A DNA stretch of 44,522 nt from Patescibacteria group bacterium (GTDB lineage Bacteria > Patescibacteriota > Minisyncoccia > UBA6257 > 2-01-FULL-56-20), in the NCBI GenBank assembly GCA_038057515.1, contig JBBUDB010000017.1, forward strand, positions 1-44,522, written 5' to 3'. Below, one piece after another: positions 35,054 to 42,027 of the stretch. The position numbers and the translations under genes were made by a program. A model generated the notes under the pieces. That model was given only the letters and a program-made list of their open reading frames with translations, was not told where the DNA came from and made no database searches. How positions within the stretch are numbered: the first letter of the stretch is position 1; each line of letters starts with the position of its first letter.

Positions 35054-35869
35054 ATGAACGAAGAACACAAAAAAGAAGAAATTGCAGAAACAGAAGAAAT
35101 CATCTCCGCGGACGCAAAGTTTTCGGACGAGGTCGAGTTGGGGAACAGGACGGCAAGCGTCGCGAAACCGAACGACAAATTTTTGCCGGCGAGCATCTTG
35201 ATTGCCGCCGTCATGATTTCCGGATCCGTTCTCTACGCTTTGGGCGGAGGCGGCCGGACGGCAGGGACGCCGCCGGCGCCTAGCGCCGGTGATAATGTCG
35301 ATCCAACCGTCGCCCAGGCGGCGCTTCTCGAGCTCCGCCCGCGCGATACGATCTTGGGCGATCCGAATGCGCCAGTCACGCTCATCGAATACGGCGACTA
35401 CCAGTGCCCGTTCTGCGGCCGGTTCTTTACGCAAACGGAGCCCCTCATCAAGGAGGCCTATGTGAAGACGAACAAGGTGAGGATGATTTACCGCGAGTTG
35501 GCGTTCCTCGGACCCGAATCCGTAGAAACAGCCAAGGCGGCGGAGTGCGCGAAAGATCAGAGCAAGTTTTGGGCATACCACGACGCTCTCTTTACGGCCG
35601 AGATAAAGGACGGCGCGGAGAATAACGGCAACCTCAACAAAGAACTTTTTGTGAAAATCGCCAAGGACCTCAAAATGAATGTGGGCGATTTCACGAGCTG
35701 TCTCGACGCGAATAAGTACGCCGATGAGGTGACGGCGGTGACGGACGCCGCTCGGGCGGGCGGTATCAACGCCACACCCATGACTTTTGTGGACAAAGAG
35801 CTCGTCCAAGGCGCCCAGCCATTCGCGGTCTTTAAAACCGCCATTGACAAGGCGCTCGAAGCGCAGTAA
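35054..35869 (+). CDS. membrane-anchored DsbA-family thiol:disulfide oxidoreductase
   Basis: Acidic N-terminus, one TM helix, thioredoxin fold with EYGDYQCPFCGRF. Confidence 0.75.
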   Translation: MNEEHKKEEIAETEEIISADAKFSDEVELGNRTASVAKPNDKFLPASILIAAVMISGSVLYALGGGGRTAGTPPAPSAGDNVDPTVAQAALLELRPRDTILGDPNAPVTLIEYGDYQCPFCGRFFTQTEPLIKEAYVKTNKVRMIYRELAFLGPESVETAKAAECAKDQSKFWAYHDALFTAEIKDGAENNGNLNKELFVKIAKDLKMNVGDFTSCLDANKYADEVTAVTDAARAGGINATPMTFVDKELVQGAQPFAVFKTAIDKALEAQ

Positions 35870-35973
35870 ATTGATTGCATAACGAAGTTAGCCGACGGCG
35901 CGACGATACGTAGGTAGTCCGCTCCGAATGCGCTCTCGTTCGTCAAAGGGCGAAAAACAAGAGAATCATCGTA

Positions 35974-36174
35974 ATGGACTATCAGAATGGACCTCGGCCG
36001 GAGCGCGTCATGCACAAGGCCGGTGATGCTGACGGTTGCACCGGCGAATGGGCCTGCTCGAAATGCGGGGCCAAGATCGACCAGCTTCCGTTTGCGCCGG
36101 ACCCGAGCCGGTTGGGCCAGCTGAAGTGCCGCGACTGCCATAAGGCGTCGATGGGCAACTTCCGCCGCTACTAA
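35974..36174 (+). CDS. small zinc-ribbon protein (CxxC-x17-CxxC-like, here x20)
   Basis: CSKCGAKIDQLPFAPDPSRLGQLKCRDCH. The PF.P core resembles the CxxC-x17-CxxC domain family. Confidence 0.45.
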   Translation: MDYQNGPRPERVMHKAGDADGCTGEWACSKCGAKIDQLPFAPDPSRLGQLKCRDCHKASMGNFRRY

Positions 36175-36205
36175 GATCCGAAAGTTCGAGATCTTCTCGC
36201 AAAGA

Positions 36206-36234
36206 CCCCTGCCTACGCGGGGGTTTTTGGTTTT
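36206..36234 (+). terminator. rho-independent terminator
   Basis: CCCCTGC-CTAC-GCGGGGG followed by TTTTTGGTTTT. Confidence 0.65.
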
Positions 36235-36262
36235 GACGCCTCGCGCGTCGGCAGGGTAGAAT
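36233..36262 (+). promoter_or_regulatory. candidate promoter, leaderless geometry
   Basis: TTGACG (36233-36238), 18 nt, TAGAAT (36257-36262), then 7 nt to the GTG at 36270. Confidence 0.4.
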
Positions 36263-36269
36263 CAATTTC

Positions 36270-36479
36270 GTGATCGTACCCTCCGTTCATCTCGGTCTCG
36301 GTTTATGGATCATGGTTTCGCCATGGCTCCTGGGCTCGAGCGGCAACTCGCTCATGCTTTGGAGCAATACCGCCGTTGGCCTGGGACTTTTGATCGCCGC
36401 CCTCTGGGAGTTTTTCGGTCACAAAGACAAGGCGGTATCGGAGATAGAGAATAAAAAGGTCGTTAGTAATTCAAGATGA
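36270..36479 (+). CDS. SPW-repeat small membrane protein
   Basis: Two hydrophobic helices and the VSPW motif. GTG start. Confidence 0.45.
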   Translation: MIVPSVHLGLGLWIMVSPWLLGSSGNSLMLWSNTAVGLGLLIAALWEFFGHKDKAVSEIENKKVVSNSR

Positions 36480-36754
36480 CGCATAATCTAAGCATGGATA
36501 CGGCAAACGTAAAAAAGGCGAGCGTGAAGATGTACACGACCCCAACGTGCGTGTACTGCAAAATGACGAAAGAGTTCTTTACGAAGAACAAGGTGGAATA
36601 TTCCGAAGTGAATGTTGCCGAAGATGATGCCGCGCGCGAAGAAATGATCCAGAAGTCCGGACAGCTCGGCGTGCCGGTCATTGATGTGAATGGTGAGATT
36701 TTCATTGGCTTTGACAAGAAGGGTCTTTCGGAGGCGCTGGGAATCGCGGGATAA
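36476..36754 (+). CDS. glutaredoxin-like (NrdH/YruB-type) protein
   Basis: YTTPTCVYCKMTKEFF CxxC, GVPVIDVNGE. The start is ambiguous (36476, 36494 or 36530). Confidence 0.7.
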   Translation: MTHNLSMDTANVKKASVKMYTTPTCVYCKMTKEFFTKNKVEYSEVNVAEDDAAREEMIQKSGQLGVPVIDVNGEIFIGFDKKGLSEALGIAG

Positions 36755-36809
36755 AAGTCGCTCCTAAACCCCAGGTTTCCCGCTCGGGGCGCGGAATATC
36801 TCGGGCTTG

Positions 36810-36818
36810 TGATACGAT
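36810..36818 (+). promoter_or_regulatory. candidate extended -10 promoter, leaderless geometry
   Basis: TGaTACGAT with no convincing -35 box. 10 nt to the ATG at 36829. Confidence 0.25.
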
Positions 36819-36828
36819 AACAAAAACG

Positions 36829-37752
36829 ATGTATGAATTACTAATCATCGGCGGTGGTCCCGGCGGCGTTGCCGCCGGTATTTACGCTGCCCGAAAAAGG
36901 ATTCCGGCGGCGATCGTGGCCGAAAGCTTTGGCGGCCAGTCCATCGTGTCTGCCGACGTGCAGAACTGGGTAGGCACGAAATCCGTTTCGGGCTTTGAGC
37001 TCGCGAAGATGCTCGAAGAGCACTTGCGTGCCCAGGAAGGCATCGTGATTGTGGACGAAGACACGGTTTCGGCCGTGGTCGATAAGGGCGATCACTTCGT
37101 GGCCACGACGGCGAAGGGCCAGACCATTGAAGCGCGGCGACTCTTAATCGCCTCTGGGTCGCGGCGGCGGAAGCTCGGCGTGCCGGGAGAGAAAGAGCTC
37201 GACGGTCGGGGCGTGGCCTACTGCTCCACTTGCGATGCCCCGATCTTTAAGGGAAAGACGGTCGCGGTCGTGGGCGGCGGGAACGCCGGCCTCGAAGCCG
37301 TTCTTGATCTTTTGCCCTATGCCGAAAAAATATATCTCCTTGAATACGGCGAATCTCCCAAGGGCGATGCGGTGACACTCGCGAAAATCAAAGCCGACCC
37401 GAAGGTGGAGATAATCACCATGGCCGCGACGAACGCGATCCTCGGGGGAAAAACGGTAACAGGCTTGCGCTACGAAGATCGCCGTACGAAAGAGAAGAAG
37501 GAGCTCTCCTTGGGCGGCGTCTTCGTTGAGATCGGCGCCATTCCGAACGCGGACTTCGTGAAGGGACTCGTCGAGCTGAACTCTCTCGGCGAAATTATCG
37601 TCGACCATAAAACCCAGCGTGCCTCGCACCCGCGCATCTGGGCGGTGGGGGATGTTTCCGACGTGCTTTATAAGCAGAACAATATTTCCGCCGGCGATGC
37701 CGTGAAGGCGATCTTGAATATTGCCGAGGAGATGGCCAAGGGGAGTTTGTAG
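36829..37752 (+). CDS. trxB: thioredoxin-disulfide reductase
   Basis: IIGGGPGGVAAGIYAAR FAD motif, redox CSTCDA, second GGGNAGLEA NADPH motif, WAVGDV. Confidence 0.8.
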   Translation: MYELLIIGGGPGGVAAGIYAARKRIPAAIVAESFGGQSIVSADVQNWVGTKSVSGFELAKMLEEHLRAQEGIVIVDEDTVSAVVDKGDHFVATTAKGQTIEARRLLIASGSRRRKLGVPGEKELDGRGVAYCSTCDAPIFKGKTVAVVGGGNAGLEAVLDLLPYAEKIYLLEYGESPKGDAVTLAKIKADPKVEIITMAATNAILGGKTVTGLRYEDRRTKEKKELSLGGVFVEIGAIPNADFVKGLVELNSLGEIIVDHKTQRASHPRIWAVGDVSDVLYKQNNISAGDAVKAILNIAEEMAKGSL

Positions 37753-37774
37753 AAGGCGCCGGGGGCGGGGATCG

Positions 37775-37840
37775 ACCCCGTTAGAGGTCGCCCCGCCGCA
37801 GGCGTGGCCACGACCACCTCGGGGCGGTCTACCTCTCACG
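37775..37840. repeat. imperfect palindrome of the ACCCCGTTAGA family, copy 1
   Basis: CGTTAGAGGT-CGCCCCG (37779-37795) pairs with CGGGGCG-gtct-ACCTCTCACG (37820-37840). It shares the ordered blocks ACCCCGTTAGA, GCCCCGC and CCGCAGG with 41735-41773. Confidence 0.6.
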
Positions 37841-37918
37841 GTGTCAACCCGGTAGTACAACGGCGATGATGTCTTTTTGGAGTTGTTTTGTCGCCGTTGT
37901 ACTACCGGGTTGACACCG
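37839..37918. repeat. inverted-repeat element, copy 2 (28-bp perfect arms, 24-nt loop)
   Basis: GGTGTCAACCCGGTAGTACAACGGCGA (37840-37866) is the exact reverse complement of 37891-37917, plus the c37839/g37918 pair. The core differs from copy 1 by one compensated position (C/T). Confidence 0.9.
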
Positions 37919-37938
37919 ACCGGCAACCCGCCTAAGAT
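37910..37938 (+). promoter_or_regulatory. groESL promoter candidate
   Basis: TTGACA (37910-37915, inside the right repeat arm), 17 nt, TAAGAT (37933-37938). Confidence 0.5.
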
Positions 37939-37941
37939 GAC

Positions 37942-37968
37942 TTAGCAACCTTAGGCAAGGGTTGCTAA
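37942..37968 (+). promoter_or_regulatory. CIRCE-like operator (HrcA site)
   Basis: TTAGCAACC-N9-GGTTGCTAA versus the consensus TTAGCACTC-N9-GAGTGCTAA. It lies immediately downstream of the -10 box and upstream of groES. Confidence 0.7.
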
Positions 37969-37997
37969 TTAGTCGGTTTTTGATGTAATAAAAACAC

Positions 37998-38288
37998 ATG
38001 AACTTCAAACCATTATCAAATCACATCTTCCTCGAACCGCTTGAGGAGGAGAAGGCGACGAAGTCGGGAATCCTGCTTCCCGAAACGTCAGAGAAGGAGC
38101 GCCCCATCCGCGGCACGGTCGTGGCCGTCGGCCCCGGCAAGAAGAACGAAAAAGGCGAACTCCAGCAGATGTCCGTCAAAGTCGGCGACAAGGTCCTCTT
38201 TAAAAAATACGGCCCGGACGAGATCGAGCTCGACGGCAAAAAGTATCTGGTCGGCGACGAAGACGATATTTTGGCAATCATTAACTAG
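37998..38288 (+). CDS. groES: co-chaperonin GroES
   Basis: 96 aa; KPL.N...EP.EEEK.T.SGILLPE...GTVVAVGPG...GDKVLF.KY. Confidence 0.92.
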   Translation: MNFKPLSNHIFLEPLEEEKATKSGILLPETSEKERPIRGTVVAVGPGKKNEKGELQQMSVKVGDKVLFKKYGPDEIELDGKKYLVGDEDDILAIIN

Positions 38289-38292
38289 GTAG

Positions 38293-38310
38293 CTAGTCAC
38301 CAGTGACTAG
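38293..38310. repeat. CTAG-rich palindrome in the groES-groEL spacer
   Basis: CTAGTCAC-CA-GTGACTAG. The spacer 38286-38327 carries stop codons in all frames. Confidence 0.7.
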
Positions 38311-38327
38311 TAAGCTAATCTGAAACC

Positions 38328-39986
38328 ATGTCCAAAGAAATAAAATTTAACGACGAAGCGCGCGTAGCGATCAGAAAGGGCATCGATAAGCTCGCCGAGG
38401 CGGTCAAGATGACGCTTGGTCCGAGGGGCCGGGCGGTCGTCATCGAGAAGTCCTACGGCCCGCCGCAGGTCACCTTTGACGGCGTGACGGTGGCGAAGGA
38501 GATCGAACTGCAGGACAAATATGAAAATCTTGGCGCCGAATTCTTAAAACAGGCGGCCGATAAGACGAACGACAATGTCGGCGACGGCACGACGACCTCG
38601 GTGGTTTTGGCCCAGGCCATGATCGACGAGGGCGAGAAGGCCATTCACGAGAAGGGCTTCAACGTCATTCACTTGGCCGAAGAACTGAAGAAGGGAGCGG
38701 GGGCCATCTTAAAGGCGCTTGAAGACCAAAAAGAACCGATCAACGACACGAAAAAGATAGAGGAGGTCGCCACGCTTTCGTCTAAGGACGCCGAGATCGG
38801 CGGGCTTATCGCCGAAGTGATGGAAAAGATCGGCCGCGAGGGCGTGGTTACCATCGAGGACTCGAACACCATCGGCAACGCCTACGAGATGGTGGAAGGC
38901 ATGCAGTTCGACCGCGGTTATTTGAGCCAGTACATGATCACCAATCAAGAGCGGATGGAATCGGCTCTGGAGGATCCGTACGTTCTCGTGACCGATAAGA
39001 AGATCGGTTCGATCCAGGAGCTTCTGCCGGTTTTGGAAAAGATCGTGGCGAGCGGCAAGAAGGAACTCGTTATCATTGCCGAAGAAGTCGAGGGCGAGGC
39101 GCTGGCCACGCTCGTCGTCAATAAGCTGCGCGGCGTCTTCAGTGTCCTGGCGGTCAAAGCCCCGGGCTTCGGCGATCGCCGCAAAGAGATGCTTCAGGAT
39201 ATCGCCGTCGTTGTGGGCGCGGAGTTCATCTCCGACGAACTCGGCAAGAAACTTGACTCTGTTGATCTCGAGTCGCTCGGTCATGCGGGTCGCGTCGTGG
39301 CCACCAAAGACAACACCATTATCGTCGGCGGCAAGGGCGACAAGAAGGCGATCGCCGAGCGCGTTGCCCAGATCAAGGCCCAGATAAAAAAGACCGATTC
39401 TGATTTCGACAAGGACAAACTTCAGGAGCGACTCGGCAAGCTCTCCGGCGGCGTGGCCGTCATCAAGGTTGGCGCGCCGACCGAGTCCGCCCAGAAGGAG
39501 TTGAAACAACGCGTCGAAGATGCGGTTTCGGCCACGCGCGCCGCGATGGAGGAGGGCATCGTGCCAGGCGGCGGTATGGCGCTCTTTAACGCGCGGTTGA
39601 AGCTCGAACATCACGGGGAAAAACCAGTGAGCGAAACAGAGAAGGCGGCCGGCGAAATATTGAAGCGCGCCATGGAAGCGCCACTCGGCGCCATTATCGC
39701 GAATAGCGGCGAGTCGGTAAGCAAGATAGACGAACTGCGCCGCAAGAAAACCGAGTCGAAAGATATCTGGCTGGGCTTCAACGCCATCTCGAACAAGATC
39801 GAGGACCTCAAAGCCGCCGGCATCATCGATCCCCTGAAAGTCACGAAGACGGCGTTCCTGAATGCCGTTTCCGTGGCTTCGACCTATCTCGTGATCGGCG
39901 CGGCCATCACCGAGATCCCCGAAAAGAAAGGCGCCCCGATGGGCGGCGGGGGAATGGATATGGGCGGCATGGGGATGGGGATGTAG
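38328..39986 (+). CDS. groEL: chaperonin GroEL
   Basis: AVKMTLGPRGR, DGTTTS, VAVKAPGFGDRRK, GGG(M) C-terminal tail GGGGMDMGGMGMGM. Confidence 0.95.
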   Translation: MSKEIKFNDEARVAIRKGIDKLAEAVKMTLGPRGRAVVIEKSYGPPQVTFDGVTVAKEIELQDKYENLGAEFLKQAADKTNDNVGDGTTTSVVLAQAMIDEGEKAIHEKGFNVIHLAEELKKGAGAILKALEDQKEPINDTKKIEEVATLSSKDAEIGGLIAEVMEKIGREGVVTIEDSNTIGNAYEMVEGMQFDRGYLSQYMITNQERMESALEDPYVLVTDKKIGSIQELLPVLEKIVASGKKELVIIAEEVEGEALATLVVNKLRGVFSVLAVKAPGFGDRRKEMLQDIAVVVGAEFISDELGKKLDSVDLESLGHAGRVVATKDNTIIVGGKGDKKAIAERVAQIKAQIKKTDSDFDKDKLQERLGKLSGGVAVIKVGAPTESAQKELKQRVEDAVSATRAAMEEGIVPGGGMALFNARLKLEHHGEKPVSETEKAAGEILKRAMEAPLGAIIANSGESVSKIDELRRKKTESKDIWLGFNAISNKIEDLKAAGIIDPLKVTKTAFLNAVSVASTYLVIGAAITEIPEKKGAPMGGGGMDMGGMGMGM

Positions 39987-40016
39987 TTTTCTGCTTCGCT
40001 TTCGCGTAAAGCAAAG

Positions 40017-40041
40017 ACCCGCATTTCGGTGCGGGTTTTTG
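40017..40041 (+). terminator. rho-independent terminator of groESL
   Basis: ACCCGCA-TTTCGG-TGCGGGT followed by TTTTGATT. Confidence 0.7.
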
Positions 40042-40063
40042 ATTATTACAGAAACATTCGTGG

Positions 40064-40110
40064 TTTTCCGAGCAGGGAACCCGCTCCGCTTAGGTTCCGC
40101 GCTCGGAAAA
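40064..40110. other. orphan two-tier hairpin in a non-coding spacer
   Basis: TTTTCCGAGC (40064-40073) pairs with GCTCGGAAAA (40101-40110). The inner GGAACC (40076-40081) pairs with GGTTCC (40093-40098). Confidence 0.4.
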
Positions 40111-40224
40111 GCGCTCACTTTATGGCGAACAAAGAGGCCGCGAGTTTTATCAAGACAACACGGCAGATGTTCGAATCCAAACACGATAATCATCTATAAA
40201 TAGCAAAAAGCCATATTCAAATAA

Positions 40225-40257
40225 AACGACTCACCGCACCGGAGAATTCCGGTGCGG
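40225..40257 (-). terminator. terminator of the minus-strand hypothetical gene
   Basis: CCGCACCGG-AGAATT-CCGGTGCGG. On the minus strand it is followed by TGAGTCGTTTTATTT. Confidence 0.45.
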
Positions 40258-40285
40258 CGGATGGTTTGTGTTCGAGCTACGTTGA

Positions 40286-40672
40286 CTAGGCCGGAGGCTG
40301 CGAGATGAGCACGCAGATGGCCTTGCCCCCGTATATCTCTTTGGTTTCGCCGTTTATGGCGCTCCAAGTGCCATACCAGCCGCCCATGCTATCGTTCACG
40401 AGGGCGTAGGTGATAGGCCCCTTGGCCGCCCACGCGGGCGGGTTCAGGTAGGTCTTCTCAAAGACCATCGATCTCCACTGGCCCGAAACCATGGCGCCCA
40501 CGATGCGGGCTTCGCCGTTCTCGTCCGTTACCGAGCCGGTGAAGCGTCCATCTCGGTCAGTCAAGATCTCGCCGTTGAAGCGTCCGATGGTCCGCCGGAT
40601 GTCGTTGATCCTTGGATCATCGAAGGCCGTCACGATGCTGGGAAACCAGAGCCCTATCATCATGTATCGCAT
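40286..40672 (-). CDS. hypothetical protein (128 aa), no recognisable domain
   Basis: GGAGGTG SD 6 nt upstream of the ATG. It has its own terminator and is the only minus-strand gene between groEL and lemA. Confidence 0.55.
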   Translation of the reverse strand: MRYMMIGLWFPSIVTAFDDPRINDIRRTIGRFNGEILTDRDGRFTGSVTDENGEARIVGAMVSGQWRSMVFEKTYLNPPAWAAKGPITYALVNDSMGGWYGTWSAINGETKEIYGGKAICVLISQPPA

Positions 40673-40814
40673 TTCAGCGCACCTCCAGCGTTAGGTTCGA
40701 GTGAAGCTGTCGGAAGGGTAGAAAAAACCAGGGCGTCTGTCAAACAAAGCGGTCTACTTATAGAGGCGTCTTGGGCGCTCCTTCCCAGCGCGGGTTTTTG
40801 ATTCTTGACACGGG

Positions 40815-40823
40815 TGGTATAAT
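40815..40823 (+). promoter_or_regulatory. extended -10 promoter, leaderless geometry
   Basis: TGgTATAAT (-10 at 40818-40823), then 9 nt to the ATG at 40833. Confidence 0.45.
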
Positions 40824-40832
40824 ACAAGAGTT

Positions 40833-41375
40833 ATGACCTACATACTCATCGCGGTCGTCGTAGTCGCGGCCTGGCTTATTCTCGACTATAACAAGCTCGT
40901 CCGACTTCGCGTCCGGGCGAAGGAAGCCGCCTCGGATATCGAGGTCCAGCAAAAGCGCCGCTACGATCTCATCCCGAACGTCATCGAGACGGTGAAGGGC
41001 TACGCCAAACATGAAGAAGGCGTTTTCACGAAGGTGACAGAGGCCCGAAGCCGTGCCATGAGCGCGACGAACCCCAAGGAAAAGCTCGCGGCCGAAAATA
41101 TGCTCTCGAACACGCTGAAGTCGCTTTTCGCGGTTTCCGAAAGCTACCCCGAGCTTAAGGCGAACGTGAATTTCCTGGAGCTTCAACGCGAGCTGGCCGA
41201 CACCGAAAACAAGATCCAGGCGGCGCGCCGGTTCTCAAACACGAATGTGCGCGACTTGAACACGGCCATTGAAACCTTCCCGACGAATATCATGGCCAAG
41301 ATGTTCGGCTTCACGGCTCTGCCGTTCTACGACGCCGAAGAAGAAACCGAAAAGCCGGTGCAGGTGAAGTTCTAA
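40833..41375 (+). CDS. lemA: LemA family protein
   Basis: N-terminal TM, YNKLVRLR, QQKRRYDLIPNVIETVKGYAKHE, ELKAN.NF..LQ.EL. This is the canonical LemA layout. Confidence 0.85.
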   Translation: MTYILIAVVVVAAWLILDYNKLVRLRVRAKEAASDIEVQQKRRYDLIPNVIETVKGYAKHEEGVFTKVTEARSRAMSATNPKEKLAAENMLSNTLKSLFAVSESYPELKANVNFLELQRELADTENKIQAARRFSNTNVRDLNTAIETFPTNIMAKMFGFTALPFYDAEEETEKPVQVKF

Positions 41376-41407
41376 AAATATTTTCCAGAGACCATAAAAA
41401 TGATGAG

Positions 41408-41432
41408 AGCCCGTCCAACGCATGGACGGGCT
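41408..41432. terminator. hairpin between convergent lemA and the small ORF
   Basis: AGCCCGTCC-AACGCAT-GGACGGGCT. The minus-strand side is followed by CTCATCATTTTTA. Confidence 0.5.
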
Positions 41433-41462
41433 TCTTCATGATGTGTCTTTCATGTCGACCTC

Positions 41463-41636
41463 CTATCGGCCGGTGAGGGCCGAGGAGATCTCGGCGGCGT
41501 CGGACGACGGACCGAGCGTGCCCTTGGCCAGAAAGCCGAGGCCGATGAGAATCATCGCCCCCAGGACGATCGCGAGGACCTTCCCGAGAGTGAAACCCGC
41601 ATCGTGCTCGCCGTGCCGGACGGGCAGGGTGGACAT
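41463..41636 (-). CDS. unlisted small membrane protein (57 aa)
   Basis: Hand translation: MSTLPVRHGEHDAGFTLGKVLAIVLGAMILIGLGFLAKGTLGPSSDAAEISSALTGR. TAAGGAGG lies 6 nt upstream of the ATG. One clear TM helix. It falls below the 60-aa cut-off of the ORF track. Confidence 0.55.
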   Translation of the reverse strand: MSTLPVRHGEHDAGFTLGKVLAIVLGAMILIGLGFLAKGTLGPSSDAAEISSALTGR

Positions 41637-41734
41637 GACGTTCCTCCTTAATGAAGCCCGGAGCGGACTCCTGCTACTTTTAGTGAAGCAGAAAACGATA
41701 AAATCGGCAAATCCCGGTCGGTGGATAAAATTTT

Positions 41735-41843
41735 ACCCCGTTAGAAGCAAAATGCCCCGCGGCTTGCCGCAGGGATGAATGCCAATACTACTCTTTGGCG
41801 AACACGGGGTTTAATGCCCCGCGTGAGCTTCTAACGGGGTTTA
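41735..41843. repeat. palindromic element of the ACCCCGTTAGA family, copy 2
   Basis: ACCCCGTTAGAAGC (41735-41748) is the exact reverse complement of 41827-41840. Internal direct repeats: AATGCCCCGCG (41751, 41813) and ACGGGGTTTA (41804, 41834). Confidence 0.8.
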
Positions 41844-41938
41844 CTTAATTAATGAGGTTCTCCGGGCAATTCTTGCCCCTCGTCGGTCGCCTCGGGAGAC
41901 CTCGCTCGGGACAACTGATTTATACGACCTTGCTATTG

Positions 41939-41967
41939 TTGCTGAATTAGCTCGTATTTGGGATAAT
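41939..41967 (+). promoter_or_regulatory. candidate htpX promoter
   Basis: TTGCTG (41939-41944), 17 nt, TGgGATAAT (-10 at 41962-41967). The 60-nt pyrimidine-rich leader has no SD. Confidence 0.4.
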
Positions 41968-41993
41968 GGCGCTGTTATTCGTATTCCTCTCTC

Positions 41994-42006
41994 CTCTAGT
42001 CTCTAG
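41994..42006 (+). repeat. CTCTAG-T-CTCTAG tandem in the htpX leader
   Basis: Read directly. It ends 22 nt before the ATG at 42028 and is followed by AACCATCT, as after the 1857-1872 copy (ACCAATCT). Confidence 0.75.
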
Positions 42007-42027
42007 TTTTCTAACCATCTCATCATT

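Noticed and set aside
40169-40178. GTTCGAATCC, a T-loop-like string suggesting a tRNA or tRNA remnant (att site).
   Set aside because: The flanks (AGATG / AAACA) cannot form a T stem and no acceptor or anticodon arms can be folded. Identity with the tRNA-Ser 3' part is only 10 nt, too short to call.
38709-40193. A 494-aa ORF antisense to groEL.
   Set aside because: It lies entirely opposite a textbook GroEL. The translation is low-complexity (R/H/A/G-rich) with no motif. Long antisense shadow ORFs are expected at about 60% G+C.
40806-40811. A perfect TTGACA just upstream of lemA, considered as a -35 box.
   Set aside because: It is only 6 nt from the TATAAT, which is the wrong spacing. The promoter is better explained as an extended -10 (TGgTATAAT).
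41422-41778. A 118-aa plus-strand ORF between lemA and htpX.
   Set aside because: It starts inside the terminator hairpin, has no SD or promoter, and runs through the repeat elements. The opposite strand holds a much better small ORF with a perfect SD.
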